A DNA stretch of 64,000 bases from Escherichia coli (GTDB lineage Bacteria > Pseudomonadota > Gammaproteobacteria > Enterobacterales > Enterobacteriaceae): NCBI RefSeq assembly GCF_003334335.1, contig NZ_QOWQ01000024.1, one strand, 5' to 3'. Within the stretch, counting starts at the first letter, position 1, and the number at the start of each line of letters is the position of its first letter. The notes under the pieces are model-generated. The model saw nothing but the letters and a program-made list of their open reading frames with translations. It ran no database searches and had not been told where the DNA came from. The position numbers were made by a program, and so were the translations under genes. This document shows positions 23,380 through 38,101 of the stretch, one piece after another.

Positions 23380-24039
23380 ATGCCAGCTTTAGATTTGATT
23401 CGACCGTCTGTCACCGCTATGCGGGTGATTGCCTCCGTTAACGCCGATTTTGCGCGTGAACTGAAATTGCCGCCGCATATTCGTAGCCTCGGTCTGATTT
23501 CTGCCGACTCCGATGACGTCACCTACATTGCCGCTGATGAAGCGACCAAGCAGGCGATGGTGGAAGTGGTGTATGGCCGCTCGCTATATGCGGGCGCTGC
23601 ACACGGCCCGTCACCGACTGCCGGTGAAGTGCTGATTATGCTTGGTGGGCCAAACCCGGCGGAAGTGCGTGCAGGTCTGGATGCGATGATTGCGCATATT
23701 GAAAATGGCGCAGCTTTCCAGTGGGCTAATGACGCGCAAGATACGGCATTCCTGGCACATGTAGTTTCGCGTACCGGTTCTTATCTCTCATCAACCGCCG
23801 GGATCACGCTTGGCGATCCGATGGCGTATCTGGTGGCACCGCCGCTGGAAGCGACCTATGGCATTGATGCAGCCCTGAAGTCTGCCGACGTACAGCTGGC
23901 GACCTATGTCCCGCCACCGTCTGAAACCAACTACTCGGCAGCATTTTTAACCGGTAGCCAGGCAGCGTGTAAAGCAGCCTGTAACGCCTTTACCGATGCA
24001 GTGCTGGAAATCGCGCGTAATCCAATCCAGCGTGCGTAA
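23380..24039 (+). CDS. eutL: BMC shell protein EutL (tandem BMC domain)
   Basis: 219 aa. Confidence 0.9.
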   Translation: MPALDLIRPSVTAMRVIASVNADFARELKLPPHIRSLGLISADSDDVTYIAADEATKQAMVEVVYGRSLYAGAAHGPSPTAGEVLIMLGGPNPAEVRAGLDAMIAHIENGAAFQWANDAQDTAFLAHVVSRTGSYLSSTAGITLGDPMAYLVAPPLEATYGIDAALKSADVQLATYVPPPSETNYSAAFLTGSQAACKAACNAFTDAVLEIARNPIQRA

Positions 24040-24051
24040 CGGAGGTTGCCG

Positions 24052-24552
24052 ATGATCAATGCACTGGGATTGCTGGAAGTGGACGGCATGGTCGCCGCGA
24101 TAGATGCAGCGGATGCCATGCTCAAAGCAGCTAACGTTCGTCTGCTCAGTCACGAAGTGCTTGACCCTGGTCGCTTAACGCTGGTGGTGGAAGGCGATCT
24201 GGCGGCGTGTCGTGCGGCGCTGGACGCAGGTTGTGCTGCCGCGATGCGTACCGGGCGTGTCATCAGCCGCAAGGAGATCGGTCGGCCAGACGATGACACC
24301 CAGTGGCTGGTTACTGGCTTTAACCGCCAGCCGAAGCAACCCGTAAGGGAACCCGACGCGCCAGTTATCGTCGCGGAATCTGCTGACGAGTTGTTGGCGC
24401 TGTTAACATCAGTACGTCAGGGAATGACGGCAGGAGAAGTGGCTGCCCACTTTGGCTGGCCGCTGGAAAAAGCCAGAAATGCGCTCGAACAGCTCTTTTC
24501 TGCCGGGACGTTACGTAAACGCAGTAGTCGTTATCGTCTCAAGCCCCATTAA
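24052..24552 (+). CDS. eutK: BMC shell protein EutK
   Basis: 166 aa from ATG 24052 (MINALGLLEVDGMVAAIDA...), SD ggagg 6 nt upstream; ORF track starts at upstream TTG 24046. Confidence 0.88.
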   Translation: MINALGLLEVDGMVAAIDAADAMLKAANVRLLSHEVLDPGRLTLVVEGDLAACRAALDAGCAAAMRTGRVISRKEIGRPDDDTQWLVTGFNRQPKQPVREPDAPVIVAESADELLALLTSVRQGMTAGEVAAHFGWPLEKARNALEQLFSAGTLRKRSSRYRLKPH

Positions 24553-24597
24553 CCTGTCGGAGGTGCCGGGTGTCCTACAACACCCGGCATTAACATC

Positions 24598-25650
24598 ATG
24601 AAAAAGACCCGTACAGCCAATTTGCACCATCTTTATCATGAACCCTTACCCGAAAACCTGAAGCTCACGCCGAAGGTCGAAGTGGATAATGTTCATCAAC
24701 GACAGACAACGGATGTCTATGAACATGCTTTAACGATTACCGCCTGGCAGCAGATTTACGATCAGCTGCATCCGGGCAAGTTTCATGGTGAATTTACGGA
24801 AATTCTACTCGATGATATTCAGGTTTTTCGTGAATACACCGGTCTGGCGCTGCGTCAGTCGTGCCTGGTCTGGCCGAACTCGTTCTGGTTTGGCATTCCG
24901 GCGACGCGCGGTGAGCAGGGATTTAACGGTTCGCAATGTCTGGGAAGCGCGGAAATCGCCACCCGCCCTGGTGGCACTGAATTTGAACTGAGCACGCCGG
25001 ATGATTACACGATCCTGGGCGTGGTGCTTTCTGAAGATGTCATCACCCGGCAGGCTAACTTTTTGCATAACCCGGATCGGGTATTACATATGTTGCGTAA
25101 CCAGTCGGCGCTGGAAGTGAAAGAGCAGCATAAAGCCGCGCTGTGGGGCTTTGTCCAACAGGCGCTGGCGACGTTTTGCGAGAATCCGGAAAATCTCCAT
25201 CAGCCTGCAGTGCGAAAAGTGCTGGGGGATAATTTGCTAATGGCGATGGGGGCCATGCTGGAAGAAGCGCAACCAATGGTGACGGCGGAAAGCATCAGTC
25301 ATCAGAGTTACCGTCGATTGCTTTCCCGCGCCCGTGAATATGTGCTGGAAAACATGTCCGAACCGGTGACGGTGCTGGATTTGTGTAATCAACTGCATGT
25401 CAGCCGCCGCACGCTACAAAACGCGTTTCACGCTATTTTAGGCATTGGCCCGAACGCGTGGCTGAAACGCATTCGCCTGAACGCCGTACGCCGCGAACTG
25501 ATAAGTCCGTGGTCGCAAAGTATGACGGTAAAAGACGCCGCCATGCAGTGGGGATTCTGGCATCTGGGGCAATTTGCCACGGATTACCAGCAGCTGTTTT
25601 CCGAGAAGCCGTCACTGACGCTGCATCAGCGGATGCGGGAGTGGGGGTGA
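24598..25650 (+). CDS. eutR: AraC-family transcriptional activator EutR
   Basis: 350 aa; C-terminal AraC HTH. Confidence 0.9.
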   Translation: MKKTRTANLHHLYHEPLPENLKLTPKVEVDNVHQRQTTDVYEHALTITAWQQIYDQLHPGKFHGEFTEILLDDIQVFREYTGLALRQSCLVWPNSFWFGIPATRGEQGFNGSQCLGSAEIATRPGGTEFELSTPDDYTILGVVLSEDVITRQANFLHNPDRVLHMLRNQSALEVKEQHKAALWGFVQQALATFCENPENLHQPAVRKVLGDNLLMAMGAMLEEAQPMVTAESISHQSYRRLLSRAREYVLENMSEPVTVLDLCNQLHVSRRTLQNAFHAILGIGPNAWLKRIRLNAVRRELISPWSQSMTVKDAAMQWGFWHLGQFATDYQQLFSEKPSLTLHQRMREWG

Positions 25651-25655
25651 GGGAG

Positions 25656-26558
<903 letters not shown>

Positions 26559-27428
26559 TTATCGCTTTTTCGAATGTGCTTTCTGGTTGTCGAACCAGTG
26601 GAAATAACTGATCACGCCTTCAGCAATCGCTGTGGCGATTTTCTGACGAAACGCCGCCGTGCCTAACAGCCGTTCTTCTTCCGGGTTGGTGATAAACGAG
26701 GTTTCCACCAGCACCGAAGGAACCGACGGTGATTTCAACACCACAAATGCCGCTTGTTCGGTGTTGCGGCTGTGCAGTTTATGCACCGGCTTAATCTTCT
26801 TCAGAATATGCGAGCCGAGCGTCAGACTATTTTTAATGGTATCTGTTTGCACCAGATCAAACAGCACTTGTTGCAATAGGTGATCCTTGTCAGTCGCCTT
26901 TTTACCGGCAACTTCATCGGCGCGGTTTTCGCGTTCAGACAGGTATTTCGCCATTGCGCTACTTGCCCCACGGTTAGAGAGGGCAAATACCGAAGCACCG
27001 GCAGCTTTCGGGTTGGTAAAGCCATCGGCATGAATTGACATAAACAGATCTGCGCCATGTTTATGGGCGATTTCAACGCGATCGTAAAGTGGGATAAACG
27101 TATCGCCAGAACGCGTTAAACGCGCATCAATCCCATGATTACGCAAAATGGAACGGACGTTTTTAGCAATCGCCAGCACCACATGTTTTTCTTTCGAACC
27201 GTTGCGTCCGATCGCTCCGGTATCAATTCCGCCGTGACCTGGATCGAGAACAACGACACGTTTGCCGCCAGATTTTTTGGCTTTCGGCTTGCTGTGTCCG
27301 TTGCTGGTTTTTAAAAGTTCGTCTTTGGCGATGGCTTGCGACATTCCTGACAACGTCAGGGCAGCCAAACCGGCTTTCAGCACCTGGCGGCGCGAAGTGA
27401 GTGTTTTTAGTGGTTTAAAAGTGCTCAT
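26559..27428 (-). CDS. amiA: N-acetylmuramoyl-L-alanine amidase AmiA
   Basis: 289 aa with Tat-type signal (SRRQVLKAGLAAL); amiA-hemF operon arrangement. Confidence 0.93.
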   Translation of the reverse strand: MSTFKPLKTLTSRRQVLKAGLAALTLSGMSQAIAKDELLKTSNGHSKPKAKKSGGKRVVVLDPGHGGIDTGAIGRNGSKEKHVVLAIAKNVRSILRNHGIDARLTRSGDTFIPLYDRVEIAHKHGADLFMSIHADGFTNPKAAGASVFALSNRGASSAMAKYLSERENRADEVAGKKATDKDHLLQQVLFDLVQTDTIKNSLTLGSHILKKIKPVHKLHSRNTEQAAFVVLKSPSVPSVLVETSFITNPEEERLLGTAAFRQKIATAIAEGVISYFHWFDNQKAHSKKR

Positions 27429-27641
27429 ACGGCCTGAGTTGTAATAATAAAGTTCCAGATGTTATATCGTATCGCGTAATCCGTTACGACGGTTTGCTGT
27501 TGAGAATTGTTTTACTTTTCATTTCAATAGTTGACAACTCCCCATTATGCCACTTTTTCAACCGATTTTCGTCAGATATTGGCTAATTCGACCGTTCACG
27601 CCATAATCAGCCTTTTAACCCGCAAAAAGGTAACGAATACC

Positions 27642-28067
27642 ATGGAGATACGCGTATTTCGCCAGGAAGATTTCGAAGAGGTCATCACCCTTTGGGAGCG
27701 TTGCGACTTGCTGCGTCCGTGGAACGATCCGGAAATGGACATCGAGCGTAAGATGAACCATGACGTCAGTTTGTTTTTGGTCGCTGAGGTAAACGGTGAC
27801 GTGGTCGGAACGGTGATGGGCGGTTATGACGGGCATCGCGGGTCTGCTTATTATCTTGGCGTGCATCCAGAGTTTCGTGGGCGTGGGATTGCCAATGCGT
27901 TGCTTAATCGGCTGGAGAAAAAGCTGATTGCTCGTGGCTGCCCGAAAATTCAGATCAATGTGCCGGAAGATAACGACATGGTGCTCGGAATGTATGAACG
28001 CCTGGGATATGAACACGCCGACGTGCTGAGTCTGGGTAAGCGTTTGATTGAAGATGAAGAGTACTGA
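27642..28067 (+). CDS. ypeA: GNAT-family acetyltransferase YpeA
   Basis: 141 aa from ATG 27642 ([19 protein letters not shown]...). Confidence 0.88.
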   Translation: MEIRVFRQEDFEEVITLWERCDLLRPWNDPEMDIERKMNHDVSLFLVAEVNGDVVGTVMGGYDGHRGSAYYLGVHPEFRGRGIANALLNRLEKKLIARGCPKIQINVPEDNDMVLGMYERLGYEHADVLSLGKRLIEDEEY

Positions 28068-28503
28068 GTTTCATCCTGTCCATTATGATGCGCACGGTCG
28101 CCTGCGTTTACCCTTGCTCTTCTGGCTTGTGCTATTGCTTCAGGCGCGAACCTGGGTGCTGTTTGTCATTGCCGGTGCGTCGCGCGAGCAGGGTACTGCG
28201 CTGCTAAATCTGTTTTATCCCGATCACGATAATTTCTGGCTGGGGCTGATTCCTGGCATTCCGGCGGTGCTGGCGTTTTTGTTGAGCGGTCGGCGGGCTA
28301 CGTTTCCTCGCACCTGGCGTGTACTCTATTTTCTGTTGCTGTTGGCGCAGGTGGTTTTACTTTGCTGGCAACCGTGGCTGTGGCTGAACGGTGAATCCGT
28401 TAGCGGTATCGGTCTGGCGCTGGTAGTGGCGGATATTGTGGCGTTAATCTGGCTGCTGACCAATCGACGTTTACGCGCTTGTTTTAATGAAGTAAAAGAA
28501 TAA
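28054..28503 (+). CDS. yfeZ: inner-membrane protein YfeZ
   Basis: 149 aa from ATG 28054 ([15 protein letters not shown]...), overlaps ypeA end; hydrophobic. Confidence 0.8.
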   Translation: MKSTEFHPVHYDAHGRLRLPLLFWLVLLLQARTWVLFVIAGASREQGTALLNLFYPDHDNFWLGLIPGIPAVLAFLLSGRRATFPRTWRVLYFLLLLAQVVLLCWQPWLWLNGESVSGIGLALVVADIVALIWLLTNRRLRACFNEVKE

Positions 28504-28563
28504 CGGCACTTTTTGGTGAATTTGCACTCCAAGCAACGTTATTGAATAACCAAAGGAAGTGAC

Positions 28564-29139
28564 ATGAAATCGCTGCGTTTAATGTTATGCGCTATGCCAT
28601 TGATGCTGACCGGCTGTTCCACGATGTCGTCAGTTAACTGGTCTGCCGCTAACCCGTGGAACTGGTTTGGGTCGTCCACCAAAGTGAGCGAGCAGGGCGT
28701 GGGTGAATTAACGGCGTCCACACCACTGCAAGAACAAGCCATTGCCGATGCGCTTGATGGCGATTATCGCCTGCGCAGCGGAATGAAAACCGCGAACGGC
28801 AACGTGGTGCGCTTTTTTGAAGTGATGAAGGGCGACAACGTGGCGATGGTGATTAACGGCGATCAAGGCACGATCAGTCGCATTGACGTGCTGGATAGCG
28901 ATATTCCTGCTGACACCGGTGTTAAAATCGGTACACCGTTTAGCGACCTTTACAGCAAAGCATTTGGCAATTGCCAAAAAGCTGATGGTGATGATAATCG
29001 TGCCGTCGAATGTAAAGCCGAAGGCAGTCAACATATTAGCTACCAGTTCAGCGGGGAATGGCGTGGTCCTGAAGGGTTAATGCCTTCGGACGATACCCTG
29101 AAAAACTGGAAAGTCAGTAAAATTATCTGGCGGCGTTAA
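28564..29139 (+). CDS. yfeY: lipoprotein YfeY
   Basis: 191 aa; lipobox LTGCS after signal peptide. Confidence 0.85.
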   Translation: MKSLRLMLCAMPLMLTGCSTMSSVNWSAANPWNWFGSSTKVSEQGVGELTASTPLQEQAIADALDGDYRLRSGMKTANGNVVRFFEVMKGDNVAMVINGDQGTISRIDVLDSDIPADTGVKIGTPFSDLYSKAFGNCQKADGDDNRAVECKAEGSQHISYQFSGEWRGPEGLMPSDDTLKNWKVSKIIWRR

Positions 29140-29150
29140 TTTGCGTCTGA

Positions 29151-30134
<984 letters not shown>

Positions 30135-30156
30135 GCGTTTCTGATTCATTGATTAA

Positions 30157-30367
30157 AGGCCAGGCAGTAACATTACTGACTGGCCTCAGATTGTTGACCA
30201 AGTGCGCGTTGTACACGCCGGATGCGGCGTGAACGCCTTATCCGGCCTACGAAATCGTGCTAATTCAATATATTGTGGGCTCCACGTAGGCCTGATAAGC
30301 GTAGCGCATCAGGCAGTTTTGCGTTTGTCAGCACTCTCAGACCAGCCAGTAACATTACTGACTGGCC
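30157..30367. repeat. BIME/REP cluster flanked by two direct copies of a terminator hairpin (..cagtaacattactgactggcc)
   Basis: Hairpin copies at 30157-30186 and 30343-30367; REP units gccggatgcggcgtgaacgccttatccggcctac (30217-30250) and gtaggcctgataagcgtagcgcatcaggc (30286-30314). Confidence 0.85.
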
Positions 30368-30373
30368 TTTTTA

Positions 30374-31678
30374 TTACTTCTGCTTTAACGCCGCATACAC
30401 CTGATCAACTACCCAACCATAAGTTGCAATCGGCAACTGACCGCTTTCGAACATATTGGGATTCTTTTGCGGATCGGCAACCGGCGAATGTGGCTTGTTG
30501 CTTAACATCACAATCGTCATATGATTCACCGGATCGATAACGGTCACCGTTCCGGTCCAGCCAGTGTGACCGTAGGTTTGCGGGCTTGCCAGCGTGCCAA
30601 ACGTCGGCGTCATGGTGGCATTACCATTCACGCGCCAGCCGAGGCCAAAAGTGGCATCTTCCTTAGAGCTGGTGGTGAACATCTTCACCGTTTCCGCATT
30701 GAACAGCTGCACATCACCATAGCCCCCGCCGTTCAGCATCGTTTGCATTAACACCGCAATATCGCCGGTATTGGAAAACAAACCTGCGTGCCCGGAAACG
30801 CCGCCCATCGAATAAAAGGCTTTTTCATCGTGCACCTGACCCCAGAGAGTGGAGGTGCGGATATTCGGGAAATGGATCACGCCATCGCGGGTATTGCCGT
30901 TCAATTCCGTGGCGGCAATTTGTTGCGGTTTAAAGCCTTTCAGCAGCGGGTTAAATACCGTATGTGTCAGGCCGAGCGGGCGATAAATCGACTCTTCAAC
31001 ATAGCGGTCAAGCGGCTGACCGGTAACCGACTCGACGATAAATCCAAGCAGCATATAATCGACATCGCTGTAGATATGTTTGCTGCCGGGCTGATATTCC
31101 AGCGGCGTGCGCTTGATCATCTCCAGCGTCTGGCCTTTATCCTGGGAATATAACGCGCCCGCGACCGCTTTATTCGGGTATTGCGGATCTGCCGGGAAAC
31201 CGCCGCTGTGATGCAGCAGGTCAGAAATCCGCAGGGTGTTTTTGCCTTTAATGGTGTCATTTGGACTATCGGCAAACCCCGGAATATATTTCGCAATCCG
31301 ATCGTCAGGATGCAGTTTGCCTTCGCTCATCAGCTTTTGCAGGGCGAAGTTCGTGGCGTACATTTTGGTGTTTGAGGCCAGGTCATACAGCGTCCCGGTG
31401 GTGGCTTTGACAGGCTGTTCCATCAACACGCTGCCATCGTACTTTTTCGCCGCTCCCCAGGCTTTGCGATACACAATCTGATTATCTTTAATGATCAGCA
31501 GGTTTACGCTGGGATAACCGACATCAACTTGCTGGCTAATCCAGCGATCCATCTGGTTAAGCCGTTCGACGTTAAACCCTGCTTTCTCTGGCGAGCTTTC
31601 TGTCAGAACAGGGTATTTTGCGGCGCTGACGCTACAACTAACAGCCAGCAGAGAAAGATAGAGCATTGTCCGTTTCAT
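30374..31678 (-). CDS. yfeW: penicillin-binding protein 4B (class C beta-lactamase fold) YfeW
   Basis: 434 aa from ATG at 31678 (MKRTMLYLSLLAVSCSVSA...); SxxK-type motif LASNTK. Confidence 0.88.
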   Translation of the reverse strand: MKRTMLYLSLLAVSCSVSAAKYPVLTESSPEKAGFNVERLNQMDRWISQQVDVGYPSVNLLIIKDNQIVYRKAWGAAKKYDGSVLMEQPVKATTGTLYDLASNTKMYATNFALQKLMSEGKLHPDDRIAKYIPGFADSPNDTIKGKNTLRISDLLHHSGGFPADPQYPNKAVAGALYSQDKGQTLEMIKRTPLEYQPGSKHIYSDVDYMLLGFIVESVTGQPLDRYVEESIYRPLGLTHTVFNPLLKGFKPQQIAATELNGNTRDGVIHFPNIRTSTLWGQVHDEKAFYSMGGVSGHAGLFSNTGDIAVLMQTMLNGGGYGDVQLFNAETVKMFTTSSKEDATFGLGWRVNGNATMTPTFGTLASPQTYGHTGWTGTVTVIDPVNHMTIVMLSNKPHSPVADPQKNPNMFESGQLPIATYGWVVDQVYAALKQK

Positions 31679-31682
31679 GATA

Positions 31683-33107
<1,425 letters not shown>

Positions 33108-33110
33108 GGG

Positions 33111-34007
33111 TTATTCCTTGTCTAAAACCTGACGAATAAAGCCGCCGTGTTGATCCAGGCGTTTTTTAGCTTCTGCGGCATCGAGATTTTTCAGCACCAT
33201 CACAATGGCCGTTTTACAGTTGCGCTCGCAAGCAATTAACGCCGCTTCCGCTTGCTCTGCGCTACATCCGGTGGCGTTTTTAACAATATTGACCTGTCGC
33301 ACATGCAGTTTTTCGTTGGTGGCGACCACATCGACCATCAGGTTGCCGAACACTTTGCCGGATTTAATCATCAGCCCGGTGGAAAGCATATTGAGCACCA
33401 GTTTCTGCGCTGTACCTGCTTTCATCCGCGAAGAACCGGTAACAACTTCGGCACCTACAATCGGTGTAATGGCAAACTCAGCGGTGGTTGAAACGGCGCT
33501 CCCCGGATTACAGGAAATTCCCACTGTGCGGCAGCCGAGCTGGCGTGCGTATTCCAGTCCGGCAATCACATACGGCGTGCGACCGCTGGCAGCAATGCCA
33601 ACCACCACATCCTGTGCCGTTAAATTAATATTTTTCAGATCATTAACACCGCCTTCCCGGCTATCTTCCGCGCCTTCCACCGCGTGCTGAATGGCATATT
33701 CGCCGCCAGCAATCAAACCAACCACCAGACCCGGTTTCACGCCGTAGGTGGGCGGACATTCGCTGGCATCCAGAATCCCCAGACGACCGGATGTTCCCGC
33801 ACCGAGGTAAATCAGACGCCCGCCGCCGCTTACCTGGGCGTGGATAACATCGATCGCCGCGGCGATATCCGGCAGTACGCGCTCAACGGCAAGCGGTACG
33901 GTTTTATCTTCATCGTTGATAATCCGGCACATTTCCAGCGTCGATACGCGGTCAATTTCAGCCGAGGCGGTGTTCGAGCCTTCAGTAATCATCTTTTCAA
34001 ATTGCAT
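33111..34007 (-). CDS. murQ: N-acetylmuramic acid 6-phosphate etherase
   Basis: 298 aa SIS-domain protein. Confidence 0.92.
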
Positions 34008-34170
34008 CGGTGGTGACCTTACTATTTACGATCAAATAATTGCAGATGTATGGAATCATATATCCCGAATTGACAGGCTTAAAGGAATCATTGAGTCTAC
34101 ACTCGCAGAGTGTGAAGAGCGTCATAAGAACTTAAGCGGAATTTATGCTGCCAGCCCAGGAGAGTGGAAG

Positions 34171-35028
34171 ATGTTGTACCTGACGAAAATAAGCAATGCG
34201 GGGAGTGAATTCACCGAAAACGAGCAAAAAATCGCTGACTTTCTGCAGGCCAACGTGAGTGAGCTGCAATCCGTTTCTTCACGGCAGATGGCGAAACAGC
34301 TCGGCATTAGCCAGTCGAGCATAGTGAAATTTGCCCAAAAACTCGGCGCGCAAGGATTTACTGAATTGCGTATGGCGTTAATAGGCGAATACAGTGCCAG
34401 CCGGGAGAAAACGAATGCCACGGCACTGCACCTGCACAGTTCGATTACCAGTGATGATTCGCTGGAAGTGATCGCGCGCAAACTGAATCGCGAAAAAGAG
34501 CTGGCGCTGGAGCAAACCTGCGCGTTGCTCGATTACGCGCGGCTGCAAAAAATCATTGAGGTCATCAGTAAAGCACCGTTTATCCAGATAACGGGCCTGG
34601 GCGGATCGGCGCTGGTGGGGCGCGATCTGTCGTTCAAACTGATGAAAATTGGCTATCGCGTGGCCTGCGAAGCCGACACGCACGTACAAGCCACCGTTTC
34701 CCAGGCGTTGAAAAAAGGCGATGTACAAATCGCTATCTCTTACAGCGGCAGTAAAAAAGAGATTGTCTTGTGCGCAGAAGCGGCACGAAAGCAGGGGGCA
34801 ACGGTGATTGCCATTACTTCTCTGACTGACTCTCCGCTGCGGCGGCTGGCGCATTTCACCCTCGATACCGTTTCCGGAGAAACCGAATGGCGTAGCTCGT
34901 CGATGTCTACCCGCACGGCGCAAAATTCTGTTACCGATTTACTGTTTGTTGGCCTTGTGCAACTCAATGATGTGGAGTCATTGAAAATGATTCAGCGCAG
35001 CAGTGAGCTAACACAACGCCTGAAATGA
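34171..35028 (+). CDS. murR: RpiR-family transcriptional repressor MurR
   Basis: 285 aa from ATG 34171 ([14 protein letters not shown]...); divergent from murQP. Confidence 0.9.
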   Translation: MLYLTKISNAGSEFTENEQKIADFLQANVSELQSVSSRQMAKQLGISQSSIVKFAQKLGAQGFTELRMALIGEYSASREKTNATALHLHSSITSDDSLEVIARKLNREKELALEQTCALLDYARLQKIIEVISKAPFIQITGLGGSALVGRDLSFKLMKIGYRVACEADTHVQATVSQALKKGDVQIAISYSGSKKEIVLCAEAARKQGATVIAITSLTDSPLRRLAHFTLDTVSGETEWRSSSMSTRTAQNSVTDLLFVGLVQLNDVESLKMIQRSSELTQRLK

Positions 35029-35156
35029 TGCATAAAGCAGCGACTGGATTGAGATTTTCCTGAATTAGTGAGCTGATCCGCAGCAATATTTTGTTTATCC
35101 TGTATTTTCAGAGGGAATGGAGTGTAACGCTCTGTATTAACAAGGAGAGCATTAAA

Positions 35157-35948
35157 ATGGGTAAACTCACGGGCAAGACAGCACTGATTACGGGCGCATT
35201 GCAGGGAATTGGCGAAGGAATTGCCAGAACTTTTGCACGTCATGGCGCGAACCTAATCTTGCTGGATATCTCCCCTGAGATCGAAAAGCTGGCGGACGAA
35301 CTGTGTGGTCGTGGTCATCGCTGTACGGCGGTTGTCGCCGATGTGCGTGACCCGGCGTCGGTAGCCGCAGCTATCAAACGCGCGAAGGAAAAAGAAGGGC
35401 GCATTGATATCCTGGTGAATAACGCAGGCGTTTGTCGTCTGGGCAGTTTCCTCGATATGAGCGATGACGATCGCGATTTCCATATTGACATCAATATTAA
35501 AGGCGTATGGAACGTCACGAAGGCGGTGCTGCCGGAGATGATTGCCCGCAAAGATGGTCGCATTGTGATGATGTCTTCAGTCACTGGTGATATGGTGGCC
35601 GATCCTGGCGAAACGGCGTACGCCTTAACGAAAGCGGCGATTGTTGGCCTGACAAAATCGCTGGCGGTGGAGTACGCGCAGTCTGGTATTCGCGTTAACG
35701 CCATTTGCCCGGGATACGTGCGCACACCAATGGCGGAAAGCATTGCCCGCCAGTCGAACCCGGAAGATCCAGAGTCGGTGCTGACTGAAATGGCGAAAGC
35801 AATCCCGATGCGTCGCCTCGCCGATCCGCTGGAAGTCGGCGAACTGGCGGCCTTCCTCGCATCGGATGAATCCAGCTATTTAACCGGTACACAGAATGTG
35901 ATTGATGGCGGCAGCACACTGCCGGAGACGGTTAGCGTCGGTATCTGA
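35157..35948 (+). CDS. ucpA: short-chain dehydrogenase/reductase UcpA
   Basis: 263 aa from ATG 35157 with SD aaggagag; TGALQGIG Rossmann motif. Confidence 0.9.
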   Translation: MGKLTGKTALITGALQGIGEGIARTFARHGANLILLDISPEIEKLADELCGRGHRCTAVVADVRDPASVAAAIKRAKEKEGRIDILVNNAGVCRLGSFLDMSDDDRDFHIDINIKGVWNVTKAVLPEMIARKDGRIVMMSSVTGDMVADPGETAYALTKAAIVGLTKSLAVEYAQSGIRVNAICPGYVRTPMAESIARQSNPEDPESVLTEMAKAIPMRRLADPLEVGELAAFLASDESSYLTGTQNVIDGGSTLPETVSVGI

Positions 35949-36251
35949 TTCACCTCTGTTTCCTCCCTGCATTTGTGGGGAGGATTTCGTCTTGAACTAA
36001 GTTCACCAGGCTATTTTATTTGTCATTTTGGCCCCGGGCAGTGCTCGAAATCCTCACGTACTATGTGTACGCTCCGGTTTCTCCGCGCTGTTCGTGTCCA
36101 AACTGACTGCAACAATTACGCCTGTTGAACCAAGTTCTTATTCCCTTTTCAACTTCCAAATCACCAAACGGTATATAAAACCGTTACTCCTTTCACGTCC
36201 GTTATAAATATGATGGCTATTAGAAAGTCATTAAATTTATAAGGGTGCGCA

Positions 36252-37268
36252 ATGGCCGTTAACTTACTGAAAAAGAACTCACTCGCGCTGGTCGCTTCTC
36301 TGCTGCTGGCGGGCCATGTACAGGCAACGGAACTGCTGAACAGTTCTTATGACGTCTCCCGCGAGCTGTTTGCCGCCCTGAATCCGCCGTTTGAGCAACA
36401 ATGGGCAAAAGATAACGGCGGCGACAAACTGACGATAAAACAATCTCATGCCGGGTCATCAAAACAGGCGCTGGCGATTTTACAGGGCTTAAAAGCCGAC
36501 GTTGTCACTTATAACCAGGTGACCGACGTACAAATCCTGCACGATAAAGGCAAGCTGATCCCGGCCGACTGGCAGTCGCGCCTGCCGAATAATAGCTCGC
36601 CGTTCTACTCCACCATGGGCTTCCTGGTGCGTAAGGGTAACCCGAAGAATATCCACGATTGGAACGACCTGGTGCGCTCCGACGTGAAGCTGATTTTCCC
36701 GAACCCGAAAACGTCGGGTAACGCGCGTTATACCTATCTGGCGGCATGGGGCGCAGCGGATAAAGCTGACGGTGGTGACAAAGGCAAAACCGAACAGTTT
36801 ATGACCCAGTTCCTGAAAAACGTTGAAGTGTTCGATACTGGCGGTCGTGGCGCGACCACCACTTTTGCCGAGCGCGGCCTGGGCGATGTGCTGATTAGCT
36901 TCGAATCGGAAGTGAACAACATCCGTAAACAGTATGAAGCGCAGGGCTTTGAAGTGGTGATTCCGAAAACCAACATTCTGGCGGAATTCCCGGTGGCGTG
37001 GGTTGATAAAAACGTGCAGGCCAACGGTACGGAAAAAGCCGCCAAAGCCTATCTGAACTGGCTCTATAGCCCGCAGGCGCAAACCATCATCACCGACTAT
37101 TACTACCGCGTGAATAACCCGGAGGTGATGGACAAACTGAAAGACAAATTCCCGCAGACCGAGCTGTTCCGCGTGGAAGACAAATTTGGCTCCTGGCCGG
37201 AAGTGATGAAAACCCACTTCACCAGCGGCGGCGAGTTAGACAAGCTGTTAGCGGCGGGGCGTAACTGA
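36252..37268 (+). CDS. cysP: thiosulfate/sulfate periplasmic binding protein CysP
   Basis: 338 aa with signal peptide. Confidence 0.93.
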
Positions 37269-38101
37269 TGTTTGCTGTCTCCTCCAGACGCGTGCTGCCG
37301 GGCTTTACCTTAAGCCTCGGCACCAGTCTGCTGTTTGTGTGCCTGATTTTGCTGCTGCCGCTCTCCGCGCTGGTGATGCAACTGGCCCAGATGAGCTGGG
37401 CGCAGTACTGGGAGGTGATCACCAACCCGCAGGTGGTCGCGGCCTACAAAGTAACGCTGCTGTCGGCGTTTGTGGCATCGATTTTTAACGGCGTTTTCGG
37501 TCTGCTGATGGCGTGGATCCTAACCCGCTATCGCTTCCCAGGCCGCACGCTGCTTGATGCGCTGATGGATTTACCCTTTGCGCTGCCAACGGCTGTCGCC
37601 GGTTTAACGCTGGCCTCGCTCTTTTCCGTAAACGGTTTTTACGGTGAATGGCTGGCGAAGTTTGATATCAAAGTCACCTATACATGGCTGGGGATTGCGG
37701 TGGCTATGGCCTTTACCAGCATTCCGTTTGTGGTGCGTACCGTGCAGCCGGTGCTGGAAGAGTTAGGCCCGGAATATGAAGAAGCGGCGGAAACGCTTGG
37801 TGCAACGCGCTGGCAGAGTTTCTGCAAAGTGGTGCTGCCGGAGCTTTCTCCGGCGCTGGTGGCGGGCGTGGCGCTGTCGTTTACCCGTAGTCTTGGTGAA
37901 TTTGGCGCGGTGATTTTTATCGCCGGAAATATCGCGTGGAAGACGGAAGTGACGTCGCTGATGATTTTTGTGCGCTTACAGGAGTTTGATTACCCGGCAG
38001 CGAGCGCGATTGCTTCGGTGATCCTCGCGGCATCTCTGCTGCTGCTGTTCTCAATTAACACTCTGCAAAGTCGCTTTGGTCGGCGTGTGGTAGGTCATTA
38101 A
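37268..38101 (+). CDS. cysU: sulfate/thiosulfate ABC transporter permease CysU (CysT)
   Basis: 277 aa; start overlaps cysP stop. Confidence 0.93.
   Translation: MFAVSSRRVLPGFTLSLGTSLLFVCLILLLPLSALVMQLAQMSWAQYWEVITNPQVVAAYKVTLLSAFVASIFNGVFGLLMAWILTRYRFPGRTLLDALMDLPFALPTAVAGLTLASLFSVNGFYGEWLAKFDIKVTYTWLGIAVAMAFTSIPFVVRTVQPVLEELGPEYEEAAETLGATRWQSFCKVVLPELSPALVAGVALSFTRSLGEFGAVIFIAGNIAWKTEVTSLMIFVRLQEFDYPAASAIASVILAASLLLLFSINTLQSRFGRRVVGH

Noticed and set aside
30202-30540. ORFs translated through the REP/BIME clusters (also 41105-41287), which share near-identical peptides and look like a duplicated small gene
   Set aside because: The similarity comes from the palindromic REP repeat itself; the frames run across intergenic repeats into the antisense of neighbouring genes.
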